Virus record (IMG/VR): IMGVR_UViG_3300021255_000152 | Coordinates: 64,001 to 128,000 of that record | Source of the DNA: a virus | Lineage: Duplodnaviria; Caudoviricetes | Direction: 5' to 3' (one strand) | DNA: 64,000 nt | Shown: in pieces, positions 1 through 10,892 of the stretch | Layout: every line of letters starts with the position of its first letter | Position numbering within the stretch: the stretch's first letter is position 1 | Made by a program: the position numbers and the translations under genes | The notes under the pieces: generated by a model | Databases searched by the model: none | Told to the model about the DNA's origin: nothing | The model's input: only the letters and a program-made list of their open reading frames with translations

Positions 1-1
1 A

Positions 2-1216
2 GATGCAGGATGAATGAGAGTTACTGGTACTACTGAAGCAGATACTACTTTAGAAATTGCTACTGGTGATGATGGCGGTGCTGGAGAACAAATTGTCGTT
101 AGACAGTATAATACTTCAAATGAAGTTGCTAGAGAAGTTAAATTATTAGATACAAATGGTCAGAGTGTAATGCGCGATGTATTACCAACTACGACTAATG
201 TTAATACTTTAGGTTCTTCCACAAAGAGATGGAAGAATGTTTATATTGGTACGCAAGATACTTATGGAACTACTGACACTCCTATCTATTGGAATGCAGG
301 CGTACCTACTCCAATAGATCCAAGTGCAATGTTTAGTAGTCTCACTTCTAGTGGTAATACTCTTACCGCAGTTATTGCAAATCAAGATAGAAGTGTTAAT
401 ATAATTAATAGTGTTTCTAATAAATATACAAATGGTACTTCTGGAGCTGCTAAAATTACTACAACTGTTAATGGAGTAACAGGAGCTGCCATAAGTATTC
501 CTATTAACTCTAAAAGTGTCGCAGGCTTAGTTCCAGCTGGAGGAACAAGTCATGCAAACATGGCTTGGCGTACTGATGATCAGGGTGTTCCAAGTTGAAG
601 ACCAGATGAAACAGCAGCGCCTGTCTTCGAAGACATTACATTATTACATGATGAATGAGATGGTAATCAATATGTAGTTTATTCTAATAATGTAACAGTT
701 GATTCAGTTCAAATTGTATCTTTACCTAATTATACTTTAGCATCAAGTGATGAAATGGATGCGCTTGGAGCTGCTAAATTAGTAGATGGTGGTCAAGCAG
801 CTGGTCGATTTACTTTAGTTGCTCTTGGTGATGTTCCAACAATTGATATTGATATTAGAGTTTGTTATTATTTCAGTACAGATTCTAATGTTATTTCAAT
901 GCAAACTGCGGCAGCTAGTGCAAATCAAGCTGCACAATCAGCAGCACAGGCAGCGGCATTTGCTAAGATGCAAGTCAAAAAAATTAGCATTGGACCAAGT
1001 AACCTATCAGAAGATACAACAAATACTACTTATCCATATAAGTATCAACTTTCTTGAGCTGGCGTTAAAGCAGATGACTGAGTAGATGGTTCTGGTGTAA
1101 GTAATATGGATTGAGCGGTTGAAAGTGGTGCTAATAAGATTATATTACATTTTGCAAAAAATTTAACTGCAAGCACAGCAATTAATATTTATTGAGCAGC
1201 TTGTGAGGTAGCGTAA
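2..1216 (+). CDS. Tail fibre protein, C-terminal part (5' end outside window; TGA=Trp)
   Basis: ORFs 14..598 and 755..1057 share one frame and are separated only by TGA (11, 596, 656, 1055, 1079, 1112, 1193). Tail-fibre-type motifs DAGWMRV..LEIATGDDG..VVRQY, LGSSTKRWKNVY, GVPSWR. Ends TAA 1214-1216. Confidence 0.8.
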
Positions 1217-1224
1217 TATAATAT

Positions 1225-1253
1225 GGGGCAAGTTAAATTAACTTGCCCTTTTT
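1225..1253 (+). terminator. Intrinsic terminator-like hairpin
   Basis: GGGCAAGTT-AAATT-AACTTGCCC followed by a T tract. Confidence 0.6.
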
Positions 1254-1290
1254 CTTTTTTATATTTATTGATATATGAAGGAGGTTACTT

Positions 1291-1923
1291 ATGATACAAT
1301 ATAATAATGATAAAGTCGTAGATGCGGATTTAGACGCACTTAAATTATTAATGCTAGATACTATTTATCCAGTAGGATCTATCTATATGAGTGTCAATAA
1401 TGTTTCTCCTTCTACTTTATTTGGTGGAACATGGGAAGCTATTCAAGATAGATTTCTTTTGGCGGCGGGTGAGAGTTATAGTGGCGGAACGACTGGCGGT
1501 AGTGCAAAGCATACCCCCAGCGGTACCTTAAGTGGTGGTGCAGTTGGAAATCATACTCTAACTGTGGCTGAAACACCTGCTCATACACATACTAGAGGTA
1601 CCATGAATATTACTGGTGCATTTCGTGTTGATTTTGGTGGATCAGGATGATGTGCTGTTCGTAGTAGAAGTGGTGCATTTGCTGAGACTAATTCAGATAC
1701 TTCTGCTTGGATGAAGCAGGTTTCGTCAAGTGCAGTTGCTCCCCCTTCTGATGGTAAACAAACAGCAACATTTGATGCATCTCGTTCATGAACAGGTGAA
1801 ACTTCATCTGTTGGTAGTGGTGGAGCACATGATCACCCATTCACGCAACCTACTTTTAAAGGCACAAGCCAAAATACACTTCCACCATATTTAACTGTTT
1901 ATATGTGAAAGAGAGTTGATTAA
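1291..1923 (+). CDS. Baseplate/short tail-fibre protein, T4 gp10 C-terminal-like (210 aa; TGA=Trp)
   Basis: YPVGSIYMSV..P..LFGGTWE, HTLTVAETPAHTH, and C-terminal PPYLTVYM-TGA(1906)-KRVD matching the conserved VYMWKR motif. RBS GAAGGAGG. Stop TAA. Confidence 0.85.
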
Positions 1924-1924
1924 T

Positions 1925-3061
1925 ATGGCTATTCAAATTAAAAATGATAATGTATTAATTGGCCATATTAATGATTTACAAAGTTCAATAAATAGTTTGG
2001 ATAGTAGAGTAACTACTGTCGAGAATAAATTCGCGCAATACCTGCCTTTAACGGGTGGGGGGCTTACAGGTAATCTTTCTGTTGGAGGAGTAATAACTGG
2101 AAAACTAGATGGGGCAGCTAGATATTTAACAAGTCCTGATACTAGAAGTGTTGTTATAAACCCATCAGATATTATTGCTTCTGAAAATGGGGTAAGATTT
2201 GATTTTAAATCTTCATCAACCATTGGATTATCTTCTAGTCCTGCTTATAGTGGAGTTATGACTTATAGACCTTATAGTAAAAACAGTGACTGATCAGGTG
2301 GCCCAGCTCATCAAATAGCTTTTAATGCAAATGGTTTATATTGAAGAAAAAGTTCTGGAGATACAACATGAGCTGATTGATATACTATTTTAGACAGTAA
2401 TAATTATACTTCTTATTATCCCACAGGAGTCAAAGACTATAATAATGGAAATACCATTACTTTTGGTTATTCTACTTCTGGAATGTCTTCAACATCTTGA
2501 TTAGGTTCTTGAGATGGTTATAAGTTAAGAGCAATAGCACCTAATGTATTAACAGTTAAATCAGCTTATACTTTAACTATTTCTCACGGTAATGAAATAA
2601 GATTTAATAACAATAGTAGTGCTAGTTCGCTTTGATTTAATTATTTAAGAGAAGATGGTAATACTTGTAACGTGACTTCATTTTACTGAGGAAATGGTAA
2701 TAAAGGAGCTAGTGCAACAATGGTTGCAGGATCTTTTTCTACTTCGAGTTCTAAAAAAATAAAAGAAAATATTTCGGACATGTCAGAAGAAGAAGCTTCT
2801 AAAATATTAAACATAGGAATAAAATCTTTTGATTATAAAGAGGGATTTGGAGAAAAAAATCAATTTGGATGTATTGCAGAAGATATATACAATGAAATTC
2901 CTTCTGTTGTACATATTCCAGATGAATATAATGAAGATACTCCTTTAGAAGAAAACAATATTGGTTTTCCTTCTATTGATTATTCTAAATTTGTTCCATA
3001 TATTATTAAAATGATTCAAATTCAACAAAAAGAAATAAATGAATTAAAAGGAGATCGATAA
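1925..3061 (+). CDS. Tail fibre protein with C-terminal intramolecular chaperone (peptidase S74-like) (378 aa; TGA=Trp)
   Basis: Joins ORFs 1916..2293 and 2720..3061 through ~8 TGA. Motifs YLPLTGGGLTG, LYWRKS..TWADWYTILDSNNY, and C-terminal SSKKIKENI..GCIAED..IDYSKFVPYIIK..Q.Q..EI..L. Confidence 0.85.
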
Positions 3062-3062
3062 T

Positions 3063-3269
3063 ATGCCAACAATTTTAGCTTTTGGCGGAGGTGGTGGTGG
3101 CATGAAATTTATTCGTGCGGCGGCCACTGGTTCAGGCACTTCTATTCAGCCTTATGGATATACTGCAACGAAGTATAAAGATGGTAGTTGAGCCTGGTAT
3201 AATACAGATAATAATTTATTATATTTTTATACTGGTAGTCAGTGAAGAGCTGTCAATACTTATCAATAA
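3063..3269 (+). CDS. Small tail-associated protein (68 aa; TGA=Trp)
   Basis: AAGGAG RBS. MPTILAFGGGGGG...SWAWYNTDNNLLYFYTGSQWRAVNTYQ with 2 TGA. WYNT...YxGxxW is typical of phage tail proteins. Confidence 0.6.
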
Positions 3270-3273
3270 AATT

Positions 3274-3312
3274 AAAGAGGAATACCTTTATGGTATTCCT
3301 CTTATTTTTTTT
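3274..3312 (+). terminator. Intrinsic terminator between convergent genes
   Basis: AAGAGGAATACC-TTTAT-GGTATTCCTCTT followed by a T tract. Confidence 0.7.
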
Positions 3313-3319
3313 GCTTTTT

Positions 3320-3697
3320 AGAAAGAGTAGAATTTTAACCTAATTATCTCTTAATGAAGAGAATACCTTTCAATTTTTTATTTAACCTACGATGAAAACC
3401 CGCTTTTCTCACAGCTCCATATAAAATCTCGCCATTTTTTAAAACATATTTACATCCTTCTAACTCTGAAATTCAGAGAATGTTGATATATAATGCTTTA
3501 TTAACAAGAATAAAATTTTCTGATAGCTTACTAGCGACTTCCTTGGTCGTTTGGTAAGTACAGAAAATTTCATTTGCTGTATGAATGTAGGTTTTCCGGT
3601 CGTAATGGTCGAGGTAGATTATTTCATCTTCCTCTAAGATAATTTTTCTGTTAATTCTAACTTTCATAAAGAGTGAATTAAAAATTCTACTCTTTCT
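3320..3697. repeat. 17-bp perfect inverted repeat bracketing the LytTR gene
   Basis: AGAAAGAGTAGAATTTT at 3320-3336 and its reverse complement AAAATTCTACTCTTTCT at 3681-3697. Confidence 0.8.
3344..3667 (-). CDS. Stand-alone LytTR DNA-binding domain protein (107 aa; TGA=Trp)
   Basis: EDEIIYLD..DRKTYIHT...LSENFILVNKALYINI is LytTR-like. Reading through TGA 3473 gives a full-length domain ending TAA 3344. Confidence 0.75.
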
Positions 3698-3818
3698 TAT
3701 AATATTATATAATAATTTTTATATGTTTAAAAATCAGGATTCCTGAGGCGCATCTTTGTTCTCTGAATTATCTACTTTTTTATATTTTATGAAGATAGAA
3801 AGGAGATATATATCTAAG

Positions 3819-4175
3819 ATGAACAATTATGTTAATCCTTATTGGCCAAATACTTCTATACTTCAAAAACAGGAGGTCGTTCAAGTCAGTGGCCGCAATG
3901 GTGCAGAAATGTACCAAATGGGTCCAAATAGTAGCGCGTTGCTTTTGGATTCGACCGCACCAATAGTGTGATTAAAAGTCACTGATGGAGCTGGCTATCC
4001 TACAATTACCGCTTATGATATAGCTCTACACCAAGAGCCAAAGCAGGTAGATTTATCAGCGATAGAAGAACGGCTATTAAAATTGGAGGAAAAAGTAAAT
4101 GAACAATCAAAACCCGATACTAATGGCACTTCAGGGACAAAGACAACCATCATTAAACCAATTGTTACAAAATAA
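3819..4175 (+). CDS. Phage hypothetical protein (118 aa; TGA=Trp)
   Basis: AAGGAG RBS. VSGRNGAEMYQMGPNSSALLLDSTAPIV-TGA-LKVTDGAGYPT, with a C-terminal coiled coil. Confidence 0.7.
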
Positions 4176-4305
4176 TCCTCAAATGGCATATGTAATGCAA
4201 TATGTACAGCAACATGGAGGAGACCCTAAAGAAGCGTTTTTCGCCATGGCTAAAGAGAAAGGTGTAGATCCTATGAGTATCATAAACGGCCTTAATAATA
4301 AATAA
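4099..4305 (+). CDS. Small Gln/Asn/Met-rich hypothetical protein
   Basis: ORF with GGAGG RBS. GGDPKEAFFAMAKEKGVDP. Confidence 0.65.
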   Translation: MNNQNPILMALQGQRQPSLNQLLQNNPQMAYVMQYVQQHGGDPKEAFFAMAKEKGVDPMSIINGLNNK

Positions 4306-4318
4306 GGAGGATTCGTTT

Positions 4319-4972
4319 ATGGGTGAAAATGGACTTAGCGCAAGCGATGTCGCTTTACTCAATGACCGTAATGGATATGGAGATATGTGGGGCGGAAATT
4401 CTATGATGTGGATTTTTGCTTTATTAATTCTTGCTGGCGGCGGATTTGGTGGCTTTGGCAATAGAAATGCAATCGGTTATGAAAATCTTGCTACTCAGGC
4501 TCAGGTTGATCGTGGATTCGATACACAGAATATGATGGCAAATCAGCGTGAAACCCTTGCCGCAGTAAATGCTGGAACAGCTCAAGCTGTTGCCGCAACT
4601 AACCAGACTTTCCATGATACAATTAATGCGCTTAGTGATAAATATAGCGAATTAGCGAGAGATATTGGTGGTTTGGCTGTTGGACAAGCAGGTCTTCTTG
4701 CTAAAGAAAATGAATGTTGCTGCTCTATCCAGCGTGCTATTGATGGCGTAAATTATAATAATGCCCTTAATACCGCAGCTATTAACGAAAATACAACTGC
4801 GCAGACCCAGAAGATTCTTGATGCTATTACAGGAAACCGTATGGCAGATATGCAGAATCAAATTAATCAGCTTCAACTTCAGCAGGCTGTCGCTGGTGTA
4901 GTTCGTTATCCAAATTCAAGCGCATATTTTGCAGGAAATAATCCTTTCTGCAATTGCGGCGCAAACCTTTAA
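4319..4972 (+). CDS. Gly-rich membrane-segment / coiled-coil phage protein
   Basis: WIFALLILAGGGFGGFG, ECCCS, coiled coil. AAGGAGG RBS. Confidence 0.7.
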   Translation: MGENGLSASDVALLNDRNGYGDMWGGNSMMWIFALLILAGGGFGGFGNRNAIGYENLATQAQVDRGFDTQNMMANQRETLAAVNAGTAQAVAATNQTFHDTINALSDKYSELARDIGGLAVGQAGLLAKENECCCSIQRAIDGVNYNNALNTAAINENTTAQTQKILDAITGNRMADMQNQINQLQLQQAVAGVVRYPNSSAYFAGNNPFCNCGANL

Positions 4973-5043
4973 TCTAATAAGGGGCATATATTGCCCCTTT
5001 CTTTTTTTATCCAAAGGATGAAGTTTAGGGAGGAAAAATTAGT

Positions 5044-5454
5044 ATGATAGATATTTATTCAAAAAACGTAACAGTGGGCGCGAACAGCACAATTCCATTA
5101 AATACAGTTGCCTTATTGAAAGGTACAAGCACACAACCACTAGGTGCAGGTTCTATACAGTTTAATAAATGTGGAATTTACCAAGTAACAGTGTCAGGTA
5201 GTGTAGTAGGTAGTGCTGCTGGAGAAATTGAAATTCAATTAGAGAAAGATGGCGTTGCACAGCCTCAAGCAATTTCTTTAATTACTGCTGCTGATGCTAC
5301 AAGTAATATACCTTTTAGCTTTACTACTTTAGTTCAAGTACCAGACAACAATAATGTTTGTTGCCCTTGCGCGCAAACCACTGTAATTTCTTTAAGAAAT
5401 GCTGGTATTGAAGCAACTTATTCAACAATTGATGTAAATGTAGTTAGAATCTAA
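5044..5454 (+). CDS. Beta-sandwich protein (BclA C-terminal-like)
   Basis: Beta-rich; SIQFNKCGIYQVTVSG pattern. Fold assignment tentative. Confidence 0.5.
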   Translation: MIDIYSKNVTVGANSTIPLNTVALLKGTSTQPLGAGSIQFNKCGIYQVTVSGSVVGSAAGEIEIQLEKDGVAQPQAISLITAADATSNIPFSFTTLVQVPDNNNVCCPCAQTTVISLRNAGIEATYSTIDVNVVRI

Positions 5455-5468
5455 TAGGGAGAATCCAT

Positions 5469-6038
5469 ATGACAGTAGAAGATGTTTTTGCTGAAGTAAA
5501 TGCGCATATGATTCAAGGACTTATGGTTCATAGTCAAATGGCTAATTATTATGGATTTTTAGGTTTAAAAGGATATTCTAAATGTCATTTATACCATTAT
5601 TGAATGGAAGGAAAATGTCATGTTAAGTTAATGGAATATTATTTTAAATATCATAATAAACTTATTAAAGATATGCCAGTAGAAGATCCAAAATTAATTC
5701 CTAAATCTTGATATAATTATGAGATGAAAGATGTTGATATAACTACAAAGCGCAATGCTGTAAAGGCTGGTATGGAAAAATGGGTTGAATGAGAAGAAAA
5801 TACTGTAAAAACTTTTAAAAAAGCATATAAAGATTTACTTTCTCTTGGAGCAGTTGAAGATGCTAATTATATTATGAATTTATTAGAAGAAGCTAGAGAA
5901 GAGTTAAGTGAAGTAAAATATTGACATATGATGAAAATTGCACAAGATTTTGAAATCGGACCAATTTTAGCTGAACAAGATAAAAAACAGCATAAATATA
6001 AGAAAAAAATTCATAAGCATTGTTGCTGTTGTGAATAA
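5469..6038 (+). CDS. Ferritin-like four-helix-bundle protein (189 aa; TGA=Trp)
   Basis: Absent from the ORF track (4 TGA). GLMVH.QMANYYGFLGLKGY.KCH.YHY..E..H and WVEWE..T. C-terminus HKHCCCCE. Confidence 0.7.
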
Positions 6039-6054
6039 AAAATGGGAACGCTTA

Positions 6055-6083
6055 TTGCGTTCCCTTATTTTTTTTGTTATAAT
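6055..6083 (+). promoter_or_regulatory. Sigma-A-type promoter of ycaO (overlaps upstream terminator hairpin)
   Basis: TTGCGT-17 bp-TATAAT with TG extension. Confidence 0.55.
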
Positions 6084-6104
6084 CTATTTAAGGAGATTGT
6101 CCTA

Positions 6105-7865
6105 ATGAATAAAGAAATTTTAGACTATAAATATAAAGAAAGAACTCCAACGGAAACAGTACAAATTATAAAGGATTTTTTTGAGAAAAAAGGATTTACT
6201 CTTGACTTAGAACATGAAGGTGCTTCAGAGGCTGGAACATATAGTTGCCATATTAAATTATTTTTTGAGGGTGACTTTATTATGTTTTCTAATGGAAAGG
6301 GTGCTACTCGAGATTTAGCTTTAGCTAGCGGATATGCAGAAATGTATGAACGTTTTTGTAATGGTATGAAATCTTTTACTCAGAAAAATTTCTATCATAA
6401 AGTTAAAGAAGTTTGTGAAAAAACTTTTGGATATAAAATTCATCCTCAAGAAAAACAATTAACTTATGAACAAGCCGTATTAGAAGAAAACAATGTTAAT
6501 AATTATTATTCTGTAGTAAGTAATTACAATGAGAAAATTAAAGAAAGAATTGCCAGAACATTAACAAATGATGAATTTATTGGATTACCTTATAAAAATG
6601 TTTTAACTAATGATATAAAATATATTGACCCACAATTAGTTTTAAGATTTGACAATAGTACAGGTATGTGCGCAGGTAATACTTATGAAGAAGCTTTTAA
6701 TGAGGGATTTTCTGAAATATTAGAACGATATTGCTATATTGATTTATTTGGTTCAGAAGGATTAGAAAAATATCATGTTGTAGATTTAACTAAAATAGAA
6801 AATGAGATATTGCGCGAAAAAGCTGAAAATATTAAAAAAGCGGGATATGATTTTTATTTAGTAGATATGTCTTATGAATATGGATTACCTGTTGTTATGG
6901 GACTTTTGGTCAATACTAGAGATCATTTTTGCAGACTTAATTTTGGTAGTTTTCCTATTTTTGAAGTTGCAGCAATGCGCACAATAACAGAAGCATATCA
7001 AAATGTAGATTCTTTTAAAAAATATGAAGATTTAATTCAAGTTCCAGCAGAGAAAAATTTTAACCTTAGTGCATTTTTAAAAGAAAATGGTACTGGATTA
7101 TCTGCTGCTGCTTTTGCGCCAGCTCATTTTTTCACTAGAATTGAACAAATTGATTCTTATAATAAAAATTTTTATATGGACGTTAATTCTACTCCTAAAG
7201 AAATTTATGAATATTATATGCATTTTATTGCAGAGAATGATTTAAATGTTTGGGTGATTGATAATAGTTTAATGAAAGAAGTATTTTCTTTGCATATATA
7301 TGTAGATAATCTCTCTTATAGTTATCCAATGGATTATTTAGTTGAATATAACGATATTAATTATAGATATCTATTTGATCAAATGGAAATTATGAAGAAA
7401 TATGAATATATGATGTATGATATCTCTCCAAATTTTCAAGATATAGATCATTTTGATGTAGAAATTTTATTAGCAAAAGATATAGGCACAAGTTTAGTTA
7501 CATTATTAATGTATTCTCAAACAATCTATCCTTATTTTATTGATTTTGATCCATTTATAAGAATTGTTTTAGATATGGATGAATTAAATTCTGGTACAAT
7601 AGTACGAAAATATTGTTGGACTTTCCTTTTTCCTTATTGTAAAAGATATTATACAATTAGAAGATATGTAGATTCTAATTATTCTTATGAAGAAATGTTA
7701 CCAATTATGGAAAAATTAGGCATTAAGAATTTTTCTAAAGAGGAATATGAACATGCCGCAGATTTGAATTATTTATTGCGAAAAATTTTAATTGAACCAT
7801 GTTGGAATTATTATCATTCAGATAGATATGAAAAATTTTGCCTAGCATTAATAGAAAAAATATAA
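6105..7865 (+). CDS. ycaO: YcaO-family ATP-dependent peptide-backbone-activating enzyme (586 aa)
   Basis: SNGKGAT..LA.ASGYAEMYER and STGMCAGNT.EEA..EG.SEILER ATP-binding motifs. Start at 6105 behind AAGGAG. No in-frame TGA and no C-terminal PxP tail. Confidence 0.9.
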   Translation: MNKEILDYKYKERTPTETVQIIKDFFEKKGFTLDLEHEGASEAGTYSCHIKLFFEGDFIMFSNGKGATRDLALASGYAEMYERFCNGMKSFTQKNFYHKVKEVCEKTFGYKIHPQEKQLTYEQAVLEENNVNNYYSVVSNYNEKIKERIARTLTNDEFIGLPYKNVLTNDIKYIDPQLVLRFDNSTGMCAGNTYEEAFNEGFSEILERYCYIDLFGSEGLEKYHVVDLTKIENEILREKAENIKKAGYDFYLVDMSYEYGLPVVMGLLVNTRDHFCRLNFGSFPIFEVAAMRTITEAYQNVDSFKKYEDLIQVPAEKNFNLSAFLKENGTGLSAAAFAPAHFFTRIEQIDSYNKNFYMDVNSTPKEIYEYYMHFIAENDLNVWVIDNSLMKEVFSLHIYVDNLSYSYPMDYLVEYNDINYRYLFDQMEIMKKYEYMMYDISPNFQDIDHFDVEILLAKDIGTSLVTLLMYSQTIYPYFIDFDPFIRIVLDMDELNSGTIVRKYCWTFLFPYCKRYYTIRRYVDSNYSYEEMLPIMEKLGIKNFSKEEYEHAADLNYLLRKILIEPCWNYYHSDRYEKFCLALIEKI

Positions 7866-7880
7866 AAAAAAGATGGAGAA

Positions 7881-8129
7881 TTAGTCTTTAACCAAATCCC
7901 CTAGGATTGTGACTAATTCTCCATCTTTTATCATGTGTTTTATCCATATCTCATAAGAGAGCGGACGCATTTCATCAAGACGACGTGAATACTCAATTAA
8001 TTCTTCATCAGTAAATTCTTCTAAATACATTAAAATAAGACTTCGTATTTTTACTTCATCTTTTGGAATGCCAAAAAAGTAATTAATTGTTTCTTTTACA
8101 AACTCTTTTTGTTGATGACTAAGGCTCAT
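7881..8129 (-). CDS. Hypothetical protein, last gene of the radical-SAM operon
   Basis: 82-aa ORF with GAGGTG RBS. Confidence 0.6.
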   Translation of the reverse strand: MSLSHQQKEFVKETINYFFGIPKDEVKIRSLILMYLEEFTDEELIEYSRRLDEMRPLSYEIWIKHMIKDGELVTILGDLVKD

Positions 8130-8145
8130 TTTTATTCACCTCTTT

Positions 8146-8628
8146 TATAAATTTTAATAAAAAATCTTTTCCATTTAAAGCTAAAATTGATAAAAATACA
8201 CAATAGGCACTAGTTCCAGTTATTCCTATATCCTGTTCATTTACATTTGTAGCTCAATGAAGAGTATAATTTGCAGAAAATATATTCGATATACATCATG
8301 GATATTGATACTCTTCATCTACTGCTGCAATAACAATATTATTATTTGCTAATTTTATTCATTTTTTTATATCTACTTTTTCAAAAGCAATTGGAACGCA
8401 AATAATAGAATTTTTTATATTAAAATCAATATTAGCTTCATCCATAAAAGTAATTTTTATATTATTTTTTAAATAAGGATAAAATTCATTTTTAAACAAA
8501 TTTAAAATTATCTCTTTATGAAAATTATCTTTATCTATTAAAATAATTTGTTGATTAAAATTATCTAAGGGGATGAGTTTTTGGAATAATTTATCTGTTG
8601 CTAAAAAAGATTCTGATGTTGTTAGCAT
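8146..8628 (-). CDS. Hypothetical protein (160 aa; TGA=Trp)
   Basis: ORF 8359..8628 continues through 3 TGA to TAA 8146 and fills the gap to the next gene. Confidence 0.65.
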
Positions 8629-8837
8629 TAGCCGTTAATTTCAATATCACTATTTGTACTTTCAGAAGTCTCTGGTTTAACATTAGAGCCTAAAATATTA
8701 CTAATAGCAATAATTTGATCATCAGTTAAAAGACCTCTATCAATGTATGTTAATGTCATTTGACGAGCATTAGTTTCATCAATTTGCGCAAAATAACACA
8801 AAGATTCAAAAATAAACTGTAAAGCAACTTGACTCAT
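8628..8837 (-). CDS. Small hypothetical protein
   Basis: 69-aa ORF, tightly packed between neighbours (TAATG overlap with the downstream gene). Confidence 0.6.
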   Translation of the reverse strand: MSQVALQFIFESLCYFAQIDETNARQMTLTYIDRGLLTDDQIIAISNILGSNVKPETSESTNSDIEING

Positions 8838-8838
8838 A

Positions 8839-9804
8839 TTATTTTCCCTCCATTATTTGATCGCAGTAAGAACAATGTCAGCATTCTCCTTTGCAATTTC
8901 TTCTATATAAAAGTCATTTTTGAGGATACTTTATTTGTTCCTCTGGATTTAGATAAATACAAGAACCAGAAATACAATCTAATAAATATGTTGGATTAGT
9001 TCTTGTTGCATAATATTTTAAAATTTTAGATATTTTTTCTGTAGGTAAAGTTCTATCTTCTAGCTTGAATCCATTAAAATATTGATTATAATAATCTAAT
9101 TCTTCTGGTAAAATAAATGGTCCTTTTAATCAATTATGAGTAAATTGATCGGTTAAAAGATTAAAAGTTTCTCTTATTTCAAAAGTATCATTTTCTTTTC
9201 AAGAAGAATTATTTGAACAATATGCGTTTTGATGCCAATAATATAATGGACAATTTATCCTACAAATACTATTTACAATTGTTGAATATTTTATTGAAGT
9301 TTGAGATGTTAAAATTTTTAACATATCCTCATTTCTATTTAAGTCTTGTGGCAAACATATTTCTTGAATATACCCAAGCTTTTCTATTTCTTTTATTTTA
9401 TTTAAATCTTTAATACCAGATAAAATACTTAATCGAATTTTTAAATTAGGAAAATTTATGTATATTCAATGTGCTAAAATTGGATCAGCTACGACTACGC
9501 CAAAAAGTCCAAAAGAACATAGTTTTTTTATATTTTGGCGTAAAATTGTAAGATTATAATTAGAATAATCTATCTTTGAAGAATTTAGAACGACCATTGG
9601 TTTAATATCATATTGATTCATTGTTTGACATAGATAAGATATTATTTCATTATATTTTTCAATATTTGGATAATCGTTTTGTCTAGCACTAGGAAATATA
9701 TCTGGATGTAGTGGAAAGTATATTTCAGAAATATATTTAGAGTATTTTTTATATAAATCTAAAACTTTTAAATCTAAATTAAAGGGGACTTGTAATTTTT
9801 TCAT
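8839..9804 (-). CDS. Peptidase-U32-family Fe-S protein (321 aa; TGA=Trp)
   Basis: VVVADP.L, IRLSI, QDLNRN, IVNSICRINCP, FILPEELDYY..FKLEDR, and C-terminal CKGECWHCSYC. 5 TGA. Confidence 0.75.
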
Positions 9805-10892
9805 TCTTTAAACTCCATTTTATTACTGGCATGAATAGAAAAAATTATTTTATTATTTATTAGAGTTTCTTCTCTAAGATGCTTTTTTAAAACTTTTAAG
9901 CATCCATCATAGAAAGTTTTATTATAAGCACATTGAGCCAAATCTTTATGATATTCTTTTCCTATAAATCCAGTAAAAGGACACTTTCCTCTACATGTTA
10001 TGACATACTTACAATGCTTACAATCTTCTAATTGTTGCTGACGGGTGTTTCTTAAAATATTGCGAAATTCCGATTGTTCAATTTTTTGTTTAAGATTTTC
10101 TTTATCCGTAAATACATTTGCCATACATGTTTCATCGCTTCAAGGCTTTCCGCATGAATAAACGCCGCCATCTGGATGAATTCCATATCAATGTCCAACG
10201 CAATTTTTTCCTTCACAAAAGAACAATTCTTTTCCTTCAATATAAGAAAGTATTTCATCAAAAGGTCTGTCTAAATCATCTGTTTCTGTAATGCATATAT
10301 AATCAAATAATTCAACCATTCTTTTGGCTAATTCAATATGGTCTTCAATCGTTAATCCAATTCCAAAAGCTGTATTAAAAATTAGATTAAACTCATTATC
10401 TCGCGCAAATTGATAAGATTCAATAATTCTCTTACTATTCTCTGGAGTCATTGTAAAAATAGCATTTACAACAACTCCTTTTTCTTTTCCTCGTTGCATT
10501 AATTCAAAGAAATTTCTTGAACCTCTAGATATATTATTATCAATACCATCCCAAGAACTTCCTATGTTTATTTGCAATTTTTTAAAATAATCTAATCAAG
10601 CATCATTTATTAATGTTCCATTTGATTGAAAAGCTCAATTAATAGGTTTATCGGAAAAATGTTGTGTTACATTTTTAAAATAATCAAGTCCTAAAATTGA
10701 AGGTTCCCCTCCATGTCAAATAATTTCTCAAGACTCATTTGGATCAATAGCAATTATATTTTCAAGTGCTTCAATAGCTTGTTCTTGGGTCATTTCTAAA
10801 GGATGTTCTGCATCTCGATTATTTTTTTCATAACAATAAGTGCATTTTAAATTACATCTATATGTTGGTTTAAATATTACTGTATTTGACAT
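9774..10892 (-). CDS. Radical SAM/SPASM enzyme (372 aa; TGA=Trp)
   Basis: KPTYRCNLKCTYC, IIWHGGEP (TGA at 10716), QSNGTLI. SPASM cysteines C..C..DGGVYSC..CKHCKYVITCRGKCP..C. 7 TGA. Confidence 0.9.
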
